Shown here: positions 1-13,143 of the stretch, piece by piece | Numbering within the stretch: the first letter of the stretch is position 1 | Layout of the letters: each line of letters starts with the position of its first letter | NCBI RefSeq assembly: GCF_009914755.1 | Contig: NC_060946.1 | DNA length: 64,000 bases | From: the human T2T-CHM13v2.0 reference genome, Homo sapiens | Reading direction: 5' to 3' (one strand) | Position numbers and translations under genes: made by a program | The notes under the pieces: model-generated | Database searches by the model: none | What the model saw: the letters and a program-made list of their open reading frames with translations, nothing else | What the model was told of the DNA's origin: nothing

Positions 1-97
1 AGGGAGGAGAAACGCACTTCACTCTGTCTCGACCGTTGGGGAAAGGAGAGGAAACTGGCTGACTCGGAACTGTAAGGCTCAGCAGTCTCTGCTGTCA

Positions 98-970
<873 letters not shown>

Positions 971-2580
971 TCAGAGGCTTGTGTCCTGGACATCCAGGTG
1001 CTTTGTGGGTAATTAGGTCCCACAGGGTTTTCCTGCATAGGGTGCTGACAGTGCCAGTAAGCGCAGCTCTTTGAGCCCAGAGAATCCTCAAGGATCAGGG
1101 CAGGCAGTCTCACCAGCCTCTGATTGTCATAGCACTATCACATGACGCTCCAGGGACCTCTTGGTATGTACACAAGCACTTCCTGGGGGGTTGGGGGGTG
1201 ACAGGGTAAGGCTCAGCTTAGTGAGGAACCTCCATGCTCAGGGCCTGAGTGTTTTTACCTGTCAGACATGGCAGTATCCATCTGATGGGGCTTTGGAGAG
1301 GGCTGGCACAGATACAGGCACAGAGTGCAGGACATCGTGTGGTGCTGGGAGGGGGACCAAGGAAGCTGGAACCCACAAGGCCTCGGAGCCCAGCTGGGAG
1401 CAACATTCTCCCAGGGAAGTCTCCCCAGAGGCTTTACTCAGCAGAGGCTTAGCACAGAAGCCCTGAGCTCCCCTCTTCCACCACAGGACTCCCTCCTGCT
1501 GTGATAGCCAGGCACTGGGACCCCAAGCTGCCCAGCCCATTCTGAGCCTCAGTGTGTTCATCTGTGCTGGTAGGTGGAGTGGTGCCTGCAGATCCCTTCT
1601 TTGGCAATGTGTCTGAGAGAGCACCTATCCACTCTACTCTTTCTGTGGGAAGGCATGCGCGCTGGGGAGAGCTAGGTGCTGCCCGTGATGGACCTGGAGG
1701 CCTCTGGGATGCAGGGGACTAGTTTCCAGAGAGCCACACACTCACCACAGACAACACACAGTTTCTTCCTGGCCTGGGTGTGATGAGCAGATGTTCTCAG
1801 CTTCCTTTGGTCCAACTTGATCTTACAGGAAGTAGATAAGGTATGAAGTAAGGTCATGAGCTGTGCAAGGTGTGAGTGTCGCTTTGGTCCTCGTGTCTGC
1901 TACAGCCCTGTGGACAGCCGGGAAGAGTGGCCCAACTAGCTCTGGAGCTAGTCGGGCCTTGGGGACAGGTCCCAGCCATAGTGGCCTTATTGCTGTGTGA
2001 CTGCACCAGTGTCCAGTGTTTCTGAACCTGTCCCTATGTGTGTCTGTCAAATGACTATATGAATGTAGGTAGATGGCAAGGGGCTGTTGTGGCTTGAGCA
2101 ACATGCAGATTTAGAACTCCTTGCTTAAGACCCTGACCATGGTGAGGAGCCCCTTGTCCTCACACAGCCTTGAGGTAGCTTGTGCTCATTGTGACTCCCC
2201 TGCAAGTGAATGATCTCTAGGTAACCCAGCCTCCTTCTTCTGTGTCCCCAGCAGCAAGTCCAGTGCCTGGCAGGGAGCAGTATCCCTCGAGGAGATCCTG
2301 AGGCACTGCCTCTTGAGTTCCTCCTGGAGGGAAGGAAGGAGGGCAGAGAGTGTGACATTACCCAGGCTGAAGGGGCAGGTTGGACCTGGGGCTGATTTGG
2401 ACTAGGGGTACCTGGAAGGGGCACAGAGTAAGCCTTGGACCGCTGGCTCCAGGAACCAGCCCAGGGGTAGGCCAGGTGGAAACCAGCCAGCTCAGAGAGG
2501 AGATGTCACTAGGACAGGTGTCACCAGGATAGGGGCTAAATGGGTCTGAGGCCCCTGGGTGTCTGTGGAGGGAGGAACGG

Positions 2581-2626
2581 CGCTATGTGATAAGAGAGAA
2601 GCTCGCTATGTGATAAGAGAGAAGCT
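2581..2626. repeat. Perfect 23-bp tandem duplication containing TGATAAG
   Basis: CGCTATGTGATAAGAGAGAAGCT x2 (2581-2603, 2604-2626). Confidence 0.95.
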
Positions 2627-3669
2627 CATGGGGGCAAAGGGTTGGGGGTGGGTAAGCCAGGGCTTGGGGCAGCATCTCTCTCACCTAGCCCGTGCAGGTT
2701 GGCCCATCCCTGCCTTTCCTTGGCCTCCCCTCAGCTGGAGTGGGAGGAGCAGCCAGGAGTTGGTAGACTGTCCCAGTGCAGCCTACCTTCATGGGAAATC
2801 AGGAAGATGCTGTGTGCACACTGGAGCTGTGAGTACCAGGGGCATTGGCCAGACGCTGTGAGTGAGGCCCTCCCCTCCTGAGCCTGTTTCTCATCTGTAG
2901 CAGGGTACAGTACCCGCTTCCAGGCCGGAGAGCGACCCTCCCTGAGCTCTGCAAAGCTGCTCATGTCCTGGGGATGGGGTACTGTTGCTGTTCTTGGAAT
3001 ACTGAAACTGGGGGAAGGGGTGTCCTGAGAGCTGCCTACTACTCCCAACCCTACCCCTCAAACCCAGTGCTTTCTCTGTGGGCCTCACAGCCTAGCTGGA
3101 AGATGAGGCCCCTTCCAGCTGTAAAACCCACTTACCATGGCATCTCTTTTTTGCCCTCCGCCCTGAGGACATTACTCCAGCGGTCTTCACTGCAGCCCCC
3201 CTGCCCAACTGTAACAGCAAGGACAGCTCGGCTGTGGCCAGTCGTTTCCCCCACACACCTACACTTCTGCCTGCCACAGGGCACTACTGGCACAACTCCA
3301 GGGGGCGCCATTCACATAGGCACCGCCTGCAGAGGGGGGATATAACCCTCACACACAGTTGGCCAATGCCATCCCGGCCTGCCGCACTCCTGGCCACCCC
3401 TACACCATGCTCTCTGGGGCCCCACAGCTTCCTGCAGTGAGAGCTGCACCCACTTTGCCCGGCAGCGGTCCACAGCCCGCCACCAGCGGCCAGTCCAGGG
3501 AACCGGAGAGGATTGGCCGGCAAAAGTCAGTTGCGCTCCTGGGCCCGCTTCCAGTAGAGTGCCGGCGCCCCGTCCGGCCGCGCCTGCCCCGCCCCGGCCC
3601 GCCGCGAGCGAGAGAGCGAACGAGCCTCCGCGGCCATGGCCCGGCGCTCGCCCTAGCTCCACTGCACAG

Positions 3670-3690
3670 ATGCCACGGCGGAGCCGGCGG
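3670..3690 (+). CDS. CABIN1: Candidate alternative first coding exon (MPRRSRR) of a short CABIN1 isoform
   Basis: ATG CCA CGG CGG AGC CGG CGG then GTAGGA donor; phase 0 matches the acceptor at 12014, giving 7+638=645 aa. Confidence 0.55.
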
Positions 3691-4187
3691 GTAGGAACTT
3701 GGCGGGGGCGGGGGCCGGGACTGGGGCCGGGACTGGGGCCGGGGCTGGGGCTGCGCAACCGCTTCGCCTCCGCTGCCCGTCTGGGTCTCCACTTTGCTGG
3801 CGCTTTTGCTCAATCGTCCCCTGGTGGGCTCTGGCGGCCGCCCCCCGCCTCGGCGCACCAGGCGCAGCAGGAAGCCCGTGGGCTGTGGTTTCCCCGGCGC
3901 CCCCGCGGAGGAAATCGGCCGGCGGCGGGGTGCTGCGCCCCCATGCCCAGGGCGGGCTGGCACCCGGTTCAGCGTCAGGTGGGCGGCCAAGCCGGCTTGG
4001 GCGGCGGCGCGCGGGGGCGGCAGGCGCTGGTGAAGCCCGCACACGCGCCAGCGCATCCAGCCCTACCAAGCCCCGGGCTGGGAGCTGGCTCGTGGGGGCG
4101 TGCGCTGCGCGAAAGCGAAAGCCGCCCGCCAGAGCAACTTTGCGGCGGAAGGCGCCGACGAGGAGCTGTGCCGTGCCGCTCTTGGGG

Positions 4188-4190
4188 ATG
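4188..4190 (+). CDS. CABIN1: Second candidate first exon ending in ATG
   Basis: GGGG-ATG|GTGAGC donor, phase 0; splicing to 12014 gives GGGATGG and 639 aa. Confidence 0.35.
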
Positions 4191-4245
4191 GTGAGCTGGC
4201 CGCCCGGCCGGGTGGGCAGCGCGTCCGGGCGCGGTGCTTCGCTAG

Positions 4246-4255
4246 CTATAAATAG
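4246..4255. promoter_or_regulatory. MEF2 consensus site overlapping a TATA box
   Basis: CTATAAATAG = CTA(A/T)4TAG and contains TATAAA; an isolated AT-rich 10-mer inside the CpG island. Confidence 0.6.
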
Positions 4256-7200
4256 GTGCTGTGCGGGGACAGGAAGATGGTTCCAGCCCTTTACAAGCAC
4301 CGGCCCGTTATGTGCGCTGGGCTAGGACCTTGCCCCGCAGCGGAGTGGGAGGAGTGAGGTTAGGGGTAACGGTTGCATGGGATGGGGGGTGGGCACATAG
4401 AGCCTACAGCAGAGTTGGCGGCGGGGCTCTCCCATGCACTTGGTTGTTTGTCGTTTCTGCTTTTCCCGGGAGGGGGAAGGGAGGAACAGCCCGGCAGTTC
4501 TGGGGACCTTAGCGCTCCACGTCTTATTTGGCAGGAGAGGCTGGAAACGAGCGGGCGCCAGCTGCAGGCAAATTGCAGGCTTTCCCAGCCCTTGTCTGCA
4601 GAGAGAATCATTACCTGTGGATGGCGCGGGGAATCCCTTGCCCTCAGTAGCCCCGCCTGGAGAGACAGGACCGCGTTGTGGGGGGTGGGGTGTAGGAGTG
4701 GGCGGAGGCCAGGGCGCCCCTGGTGGCCTGTGTACAACCCTGCGGCCAGAGAGGCCCGCCCTGATAGGTTTGTGGTAGAAGCTGCAGGAACTTCCTGTCC
4801 CTAGGGGTGTTCAACCTGGCCTGCTTCTGGGGCCCCTTTCCTCCCAACCTTAGGGGAGGAACAGGACTGCGGGAGGGGCCAGACCCTCAGCTCCTCAGGG
4901 CATCAGGAAGATAGGGAGCTGCTGGTCTGGAAACTCAGTCCTGCCTCTAAAGGCTTCGGGACTCCTGAGTAGGGAGGCTCCAGAAGGGGCAATCTGGGCC
5001 AGGGCTCGGAGGGGTGCTGCCCAGCCGGCCTGGCTCTGTCTGTGATGCTCATCTTCCTTAGGGACAAGCCGGGTAGAGTGCAAAGAGCATGATAGGCTTA
5101 GTTCAGCTGTAGTCTTGGCTCCCTGCAGGCTGGCTGCCCTGGAACAAGTCTCTCCCCCAGCAAGGTGTAAGTGAAATCATGTGTTAAAGGAGCTGGGCAG
5201 GCAGCCTGTGAAGACGGTTGGCCCCAGGAGATGAAGTTTGCCCTACACGCCCCACGCCATCCCCTCCTTTTCCTCCAAGCTGTTTCGCCGCTTTGGTGAC
5301 TTGTGTGGGTTTGTGGGTAACAGGGGTCTCCCCAGGACTGTAGAGGATTTTGGTATTTTCCCCACAGCTGCTCCTGACCTCAGGGCCAGATTCCATCCCC
5401 TTCCTGGCTCCGCTTGAGGTGCTTAAGAATAGGCTGGAACCAGGAGGAAGTTTTTATGCTTTTCTGGGGGGGCGGGGAGGCCCCTAATCTCCTCTCCCAG
5501 CAGCCCTCTCTGCTGAGAGGCTCCATCGCTCTCTAGCTGCAGCCACCCACTCAGCAGCTGGCCCTCAGCTCAATGCAGTCTGCTCCTACACCCTGTGCCC
5601 ACTGCTCTTGGGAATGGGATGCCAACAGGCTCCCCGCCCTCGCCTGTTCCGAGCACTGAGTCACCACGACACCCGTGCCACGGGGGATGCTGGAGGAATC
5701 CCTCCACCAGGGGAACGGGCTCTCCCTTGGTTGCTCACAGTGTCGTGTTTTCTGTGAACAGAGCTGGCAGAGCTGAGCTCCTCCAGGAAGCCTTGCCCAC
5801 CCATCTTACCACGGGCATACAGGGCTGGCTTGGGGCTAGGAGGGCCCAGGAAGACAGAACACTCACCCACTGTGTCAGCTCAGGCACCCAGGACCTGCTT
5901 CCTGGAGACCAGCCTGCTGCTGCGTGCCCACTCTCGTGGTCCCCTCTGGGTGATCTATCTTGAAGAGAGGGAGAAAAGCTTTGTGGAGAAGTATGTTCAG
6001 CCCAGCATTCTTCATCAGAATCCTTAAGTCCCAGAGCCAGATGCTCACCAGTAGCCCACTTCACTGTGCAGTGAAGGGCTCTGTGGTCATTTTGAATGAT
6101 GTTTTTGGTGATGTGGGAAAATACATGTACTGTATTTGCTGAGTTAAAAGTCAGGATTAAAATTACCCACTTTCCGCTCAGGACGCTGCGGGTGATGGGG
6201 AAGACTCTGAGGGAGTCACTGCTATACCCCTGACTCGGCTGCCCATTTCCTCATCTGCTTGGCCGACGCTTCTTCTCTGGCACCAGCTGCATCCTGGTTT
6301 TTTTCTGGCTTTCTTCAAAAACCCCCCACATCCCTTGCTCTCCTAGCCCATTACTTCTTGTTCCAGCTTCTCTCCTGTCCCCTCACCCTGGATCACTGGG
6401 AAGTTGGGCTTCCCCAGCATCCTTGAAAGGGATTTATCTGTGGCATAAACTCTCCAATGCCTACTCAGGGGTAGCCTGGATGTGGCGCTAGGAACATGAG
6501 GGAGGACAAGACACTTTTCCAGCCCTCTTGGGAATCAGAGTCACCTTAGGGCTACACCAAGGGCAAAGGGATGTGGAGGCCAGGATTTGTGGGTTTTACC
6601 TGGAATACTACTTTTCTGGGCAGTCTGCAGGCAGGACCCAGGGGCCCCTGTCTGTCCTGACTCTCTCTGCCTGTGGGCTTCTCTTCCCCCCAGGGGCTTC
6701 AGGAGTTCTCTGAGATTTCATCTTGGCTCACAGATCTTGAGTCTCCCAGGAGGCCAGGCTCTGCTCAAAGGCCTTGAGGTATAGGTGTGAGCCAGAGAGA
6801 TGCAGCCCTCCTGCCTGCACCACCCATCTGCTCCACCCTGGGGAGCCCAGAGTCCAGGGGACTGTGGCAGGGCAGCTATTCCCGTTCAAGACTCAGGCCC
6901 TTGAAACTGGCTGCTGACGTCAGAAGCTGGGGGCAACCCTGCAGGCAGTGCCTGACCAGGCCGGGCCAAGCCCAAGAAGGCCCCTAGCAGACTCAGGCTA
7001 GTTTGGATTGGACAACCTGGGTGAGCTGGAGAGGAAAGAGACTGCTGTGTGAAGTAGATGACCACCTGCCCAGCTGCCTGCTTGCTCCCTTGTCAGGCCA
7101 GGTGCCCTGGGTCTCCCAGGTGGCTCCTGGCACCTCATGGCCTGTTCCTTCCTCAGCACCCCTGTGCAGCGCCCAGGCAGCTCCTTCACAGCCATTCTGT

Positions 7201-10200
7201 CTACTCCCAAGTATGGTTCCTCCCTCTTCTGCCCTCTTGCTTGAGCCTCACGTGGCATCCCAGCTGGGCATGGCCCTGGGAATGACAGAATGGGGCAGGG
7301 GGTTGCATCTGAATCCTGTGGGTGTGGCAGCAGGGGACAGCTGGAAAAGGCCAGCAGAGAGCTTGCTTAGAGGCCATTTCCTGCAACATTGCCCAAGGGA
7401 CTTAATTATGACACCCTGAGGCACCCATGGTGCTGGTGGAAGACACTGGCCACCTGCCAGCCACCCCGTCCACAGGCAGGCATTCCAGTGGCAGCCTGCC
7501 CCTGCAATGGGCCTTTGCAAGTCTTAAGAGGCACCTTTTCAAAACCGAGGTGAACTGGCATCACTGCATTCTCCATGCTTCCATTTCTACATCTGTAAAA
7601 CAGGGAGGCTGCCAATTTCTTGTTCCTCTGAGTGTTAAGCAGGGGTGTAGGAAGAGACTTGAGGTGGGCGAGTCTGGCCCCTGGGTCCTGTCCCACTTTG
7701 CATCACTAGGCAGCCTTGGCAGGTCACCTGAACTCAGTTTCCCTCTCTGGAAAATGAGGGGTGAGTTGATTACATACTCAGGTTGTCCCTCCCAGTGTAG
7801 ACATAGGATGAATCTCTATGTCCCTACTCAGCCCACACCTGACCCTCGTCCACTCTGTGACAAGCTCGTGCCTTGGGTCTGAGTACTGTTCTGACTGGCC
7901 TGCTCCTCTTGCTTACCCTTCTTTCTTGCCTTGGAATTTCCAGGGGCACTTGATTTCCTGAAGAGCCTTTGCCTGTGCCCTAGAAGTGGAGGAAGCTCTA
8001 GAAGGAGTCATGACTGAAAGGTGGGGTCCGCCAAGGTGACAGATAGAGCTGGGAACCCTCAGCTCAGGGAGCCTCAGAACAGCCTTGGGCTGTGCCACTA
8101 AAAATGGCCCAAGCAGTGACCCAGCAGCCAGCAGTGGGGTTTACAATGAGAATCAGAACAGTGTTTGAATTTGTGGCATCAGGCTGTCGAGCCCCGGGTT
8201 GGCCCTGGCTGAGTGAAAGGCTGTGTCTGGCAGAAAAGAGAGCCCCTGCCCCTCCAGGAGTAAGCTCCCCTGAGACCACAGTGTGCTGGAGACAGCATGA
8301 GCCATGAGCCATGGGCCTGGGCATGGCCTTGGCCTGTTGGCCGGGAATAGCAGTGTTCTATAACTTCAGGGACACTTGTCACCTCGAAGTGGTGCCACCT
8401 GCCAAGACTGCACAGCCCTCCTGCCCCCAGGCACTTCACCCTGCTTCCCAGCCCCCTCATAAATGGACAGGGCAAGAGCACAGGCTGGCCCGGCAGCATC
8501 CTACCACCTCCACTTAACCAGCTCTCAGTTCCCCCAGGAAAGTCTTCGTGGGTTCCCAAATCATAGCAGTCATGCCCTCCCTCTGTGGACCCCTAGGCTC
8601 ACTCTACCATGGGACTCAGTGTTTGAGGCTCTGTTTCCTCAAGAGCAGAGGGAAGACCACCAAAGTCTTAAGGCTGTAGGCAGGGTTTGGTAACTTGTAT
8701 CAGGCACTCAGCTTAGAGTCTGGGGCTTCATAAATTATTCAGATTGTTAAAATCTCTCTCTGTGACCTCATCTGCCAGTGAGGAGCCTAGAGCCGTTCTG
8801 AAGGGTTGGGGGATTGACTGAGATGCCTGGAAAGAGATGCTTGGCATGGAGGGGAAGCCTCAAGCACAATCTCAGTGTCTTTAAGTCCTCTGAGGCTATT
8901 GGTGTGCACCCCCAGCTGCCCTCAACTCTATAAGCAAGCATTATCCCAGCCACTGTGGCCATCAGGGAACCCAGCCCTGGTGACACCAGGGCCCAGGAAT
9001 CAAGTGGGGCAAATCTGAAGACAGCAAGTGTGCCTGTGGAACTGGGAGAGGCGAGGCAAGGGGTACGGCCAGAGCAGCGGGACCCAGGGCTGAGGGAGAA
9101 CTAGGAGAGGGCCAGAGGAGACCCTCCTCGCGGCGACCCTGCTTCTCTCAGCTGCTACTTATGGCCCCTGCCCATCTATGATCCTGCCTCTGCCTTTCCC
9201 TCAGATGCCGTGGGGGTGTTGGCCTGGTGCTGGCTCCCTCCACCTGCCCTCAGCCAGGCCTCTTGGTCACTGCTGCCTATGCCCTTCTTTTCTGGCCCTG
9301 ACTTAGCTTTATCCAAGCTCACCCCTGGCACATTCTCCACACCCTCCCTGAGGCCCGAACGTGAGTCCCTGGGCTGAATGCAGTGGGGCTTCTGCTGTGG
9401 CAGTTGGAACCTGGCCATGCCCCTTCCTCCTGTGTGGGCCGTGGTGAGGAAAACCAGGTGAAGCAGGGGCTGTCCCTTGTACCTGTCCCACTCCAGGAGA
9501 CCCTCCTCAGCACCTTGGTTCTCTAGGAGCTTCATAGCCCTCCACAGGCCCGGTGTTAGAGGGACAGTGGAGGGAGAGGGCTGCTGTGGCTACTGCCCCT
9601 CTGTGGGGAACCGCTGTGTCCAGGTCATCCTGGGGCTGCCAGTATCATCCTTCTCATGGGTCTCTTGCTGCAAACACAGAAGCCCAGCTCCACCTGGTGT
9701 AGGCAGAAAGCCAGTTGGCTTGCTACCACCCTGCTGGCTCGTGACTCTGCCTGGTGGCTTCACTCTTCAGACCAGCTTTCTCTGGAGGCCAGCCTCATGG
9801 CCATAGGAAGTCCCCTCACCGTTCGGGAGGTATGTCCATCTGCACACCGCCCCAGGCCACAGAGAAGAGGGGTTATTCCTAAAGGCTCTCATTAGGAGGG
9901 GAAGCCTGACTGGGATCCTGGGGCCCATCTGCTGGCTGAATTCCCATGGCTGGTGGTGGGTCTTAGGCCTGGCCGAGCAGGCAAGGGGGCCAATCCTGGG
10001 GGCAGGGAAAGGACAAGCCCACAACAGAAGGGGCTTCTGGGAATAGTGCCCAGTGCAAGGTAAATAAACATAGGAGCCCCCATACTGGGGCATGTGAATG
10101 AAGATACAGTAAAGAGATGAACAAGGGCACACTAGCTGGCCTGACCCTGCCCGGGAAACGTGCCCTTCAGCACACTGTTACCAGAAAAAGGCCAAGCAAG

Positions 10201-12013
10201 ATGCCAGAATGAAACCAGAGCACATGCAAATGTAAAATGCTGCCTTTCAAGCCTCTCAGGGCTGGCTGGGGAAGTTTTGAGAGTCACAATAGCATGGGGG
10301 TGGCCAAGCGGGCGGCGGTGTCTATGGTTCCCTTCTGATTTTCCATGGACTCACTGCCTGATTTGTTTGGTCTTCCATCCTTTCTGAAATCAGCAGTGTT
10401 ATGTTACAAAAGGAAACGGAAAGGAGATAGGGATCCAAACTGTGCTGGTGTGTGTGATGCAAACTAGACCCGTCCTCACGGGTGTGTCTGTTGGTGTCTA
10501 TGTGCCCTGGGAGGTGCAGGGATGGGAGGGTCTTCAGCGGGACGTACTGCTGCAGCACAGCGGATGGAGACCCAGGAGACAGTGTCTGCCCATTCTGGTG
10601 CCTACTGTAGATAGACCCTGTCTGTTGGAAAGCAGGTGTCTTTTCATAAGCTGCTTCAGGATCCACATCTGCATGGTAGGAAGATGCAGCATTGATGTTT
10701 GCTGCCCTGGATGTGGATAGCCTCAGTACCCTGGTTTTGTCCTTTTCAGGCACTGCCAGGAAGTAGAAGGTGGCTGCTGGCCTCCACATAGTCCCCCAGC
10801 CTGCAGGTGGACCCTCCATGTCACAACAGGAGCCAGTGTAGAGGCCACAGGGTCTCAAGGCTGCGAGTTTTAAACTCCTCTCAGGCCTTAACAGCTCAGG
10901 GCTGGAGGTGCCCTGGCTTTCCTCCCAGGGCTGCTAGAGCAGGGTGGGCCCACACCTGTGTACAGATACTGTGGATAATCAGCAAGGACCCACAGGGACA
11001 GGGCCCTGAGAGGGGTACCACCTAGACATCCTGCAGTGGTCCCTGTAGCTGGGGGCCCAAGTCCCCAGAATCCTATACTGCAGCATGATGTGGGCCAGGC
11101 CCCATGCCAAGGAGAAAGCAATGTCACTCATAACCTTGGTCCATTCTGGGCAGCAGTTTCTTCAGCGTGTTGGCTGCAGGGACCCATCTAGGAGCCAGTT
11201 CACTTATTCCAGGCCCCTGAGGTCCCACCCCAGAGATGGGCCTCCTTAATGCCTGTTTCCTCATCACTCACTCCCTGCTTTCCCCACACCCTGCCTGGAC
11301 CCCGAGTAGGTGTCAGATGCCATGCTGGTCACTAGGACACTGCAGGGAACCAGGCCCTGGAGCTAGTGATAGGTAGGGGGTGCCCAGTGCTGCAGCAGGC
11401 AAAGCAAGGACCAAGGGAGATAATGGGGGGTGCTCCCCAAAGTCAACTTTGCCCTGGTTAAGCCTTCAAAGAGGAGTGGGGTAGGATGGCAAGAAGTGGG
11501 AAGAGGGAGGGGGACCCCAGGCATCCCAGGAGCTGCAGATGATTCTCTGGGCACTGCTGGAGAGAGTGGGTGAGGGCAGAGCCTAGCCAGAGCTTCCCTG
11601 CAGCCTGCTTTGACTCAGCAGTTCCACCTCTAACAAATGGTCTGGTGGCTGGGTAAGCACCTGTGCAGGGAGGTGTACACACTGGGCCTCTCACTGTCTG
11701 TCCTCACGTTTGATCAGGCCCCACCTGAGTGCATCCCATAGGGGACAGGTCCAGCAAACATATGAGATGCAGCCATACAAAAGAGGAGGCTGCAGAGCAG
11801 TGGGTCTGTCTGTCATTTGCTGCCACTCATGAGAAGGAAGGGGGTGGGGATACACTTCTGTCTCCTTGGGACAGTGAGAGGGGTCCAAGAAGCCCCTGGC
11901 TGGGCAGTGTCCCCTTTGGCACTGTGGCAGTTTCCAGGGGATACCAGACAGGGTGTCCCCGAGGCTCCTGCCACAACCACCCCCCTCACACACCTGTGCC
12001 ATCCATCCCACAG

Positions 12014-12177
12014 GGCATCTGGCGGATCCCCGTGGACGAGATTGACCGGCCGGGCAGCTTTGCCTGGCACATGAACCGCTCCATCGTGCTGCTGCTCAAG
12101 GTGCTGGCCCAGCTGCGGGACCACAGCACCCTGCTGAAGGTGTCCTCCATGCTTCAGCGGACCCCAGACCAGGGCAA
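12014..12177 (+). CDS. CABIN1: CABIN1 coding exon ([14 protein letters not shown]...TPDQGK)
   Basis: cag|GGC acceptor, AA|gtgagt donor; peptide recognised as calcineurin-binding protein cabin-1; phase 0 to 2. Confidence 0.95.
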
Positions 12178-13143
12178 GTGAGTGCAGCCACCCTGGACAC
12201 AGCCTGGCATGCTGTGTGGGTCAGGGGCACACACACCCCAGGAAGCCTCTCCACTGCTCTGGCCCAGCTGTGAGGACCACTGGCTGGGAGCCTGGACCAG
12301 CTCTTCATTCTCCTTGGGGGCCTCTCTGTCCCAGTGTCTAGAACCTAAACAACACTTCCCACCCCCAGGCACCCTAGGGCAGACACAGCCTGTCCCCACT
12401 GATCCTGGTTCCACGTTGAGACTCTGGACTACCCAGCCTTTCCTTTCCTCCTGCTTCCCCCAACTCAGGGCTCTCGGGGTGCTGTCAGGTTGTAGGGAAA
12501 ACAGATGTTCAGAAGATAGCTGTGGTTCCCCAGACAAAGGCCAGTAACAGTGGGGTGAGCGACAGGGGTGCCTGGGCCTCAGTGGTAAACAGGGAGCTCT
12601 CCGCCAGAAAGGGCAGGACAGATAACAGAGCCATCTGTTACAGCTGCCATTTACAGGGGGTGTTGGGGGGATCCTGGAAGAGACGCAGCTCAGATGTAGA
12701 TGGGCCTGGCCTGGAGGCCTCACTCCGTCAGCTGGACTGGGCCTCCTCCCATGCCTGCACTGTCTCACCCTCTGGCTGTCTCACTCACCTACCACTTGCC
12801 AGGCGATGTGCCAGGAGTTCAGGGGCCTCCAGCTGGGGCCTGGGGCACCCTGGAGCCAGACCTGAGGGAGCAGCTATAGGCTGCTGAGCACAGCACACAG
12901 GGTGGGCCCACTGCAGAGGGCCTAAGGGCAACAGGCTGGTGCCGGGTCAGAGGCCTACTGGCTCTGGATAGAGGGAGCTCAGGGGAAGCTTCTAGGGGAG
13001 CAGCCCCAAACAGGTGGTTAGGTGGAACACTGAGGAACAAACAGGCATCCTCAAGGCAGGGATGGGCAGTGGCCACCATCCAGCAGTGCCATGTGGTGTC
13101 AGATGCCCTCCTGTCCTCTCTGACTACCCCTGTATGACCGCAG

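Larger units (their letters stand above)
3440..4760 (+). promoter_or_regulatory. CABIN1: Intragenic CpG island, probable internal CABIN1 promoter
   Basis: Sharp rise in CpG density, GC boxes, CCAAT (3363) and ATTGG (3512), G-rich repeats, CTATAAATAG at 4246-4255; boundaries approximate. Confidence 0.85.

Noticed and set aside
3312-4325. Several overlapping 150-218-aa ORFs on both strands
   Set aside because: Expected from stop-codon scarcity in a CpG island; low-complexity Pro/Arg/Gly/Ala content and no recognisable domain.
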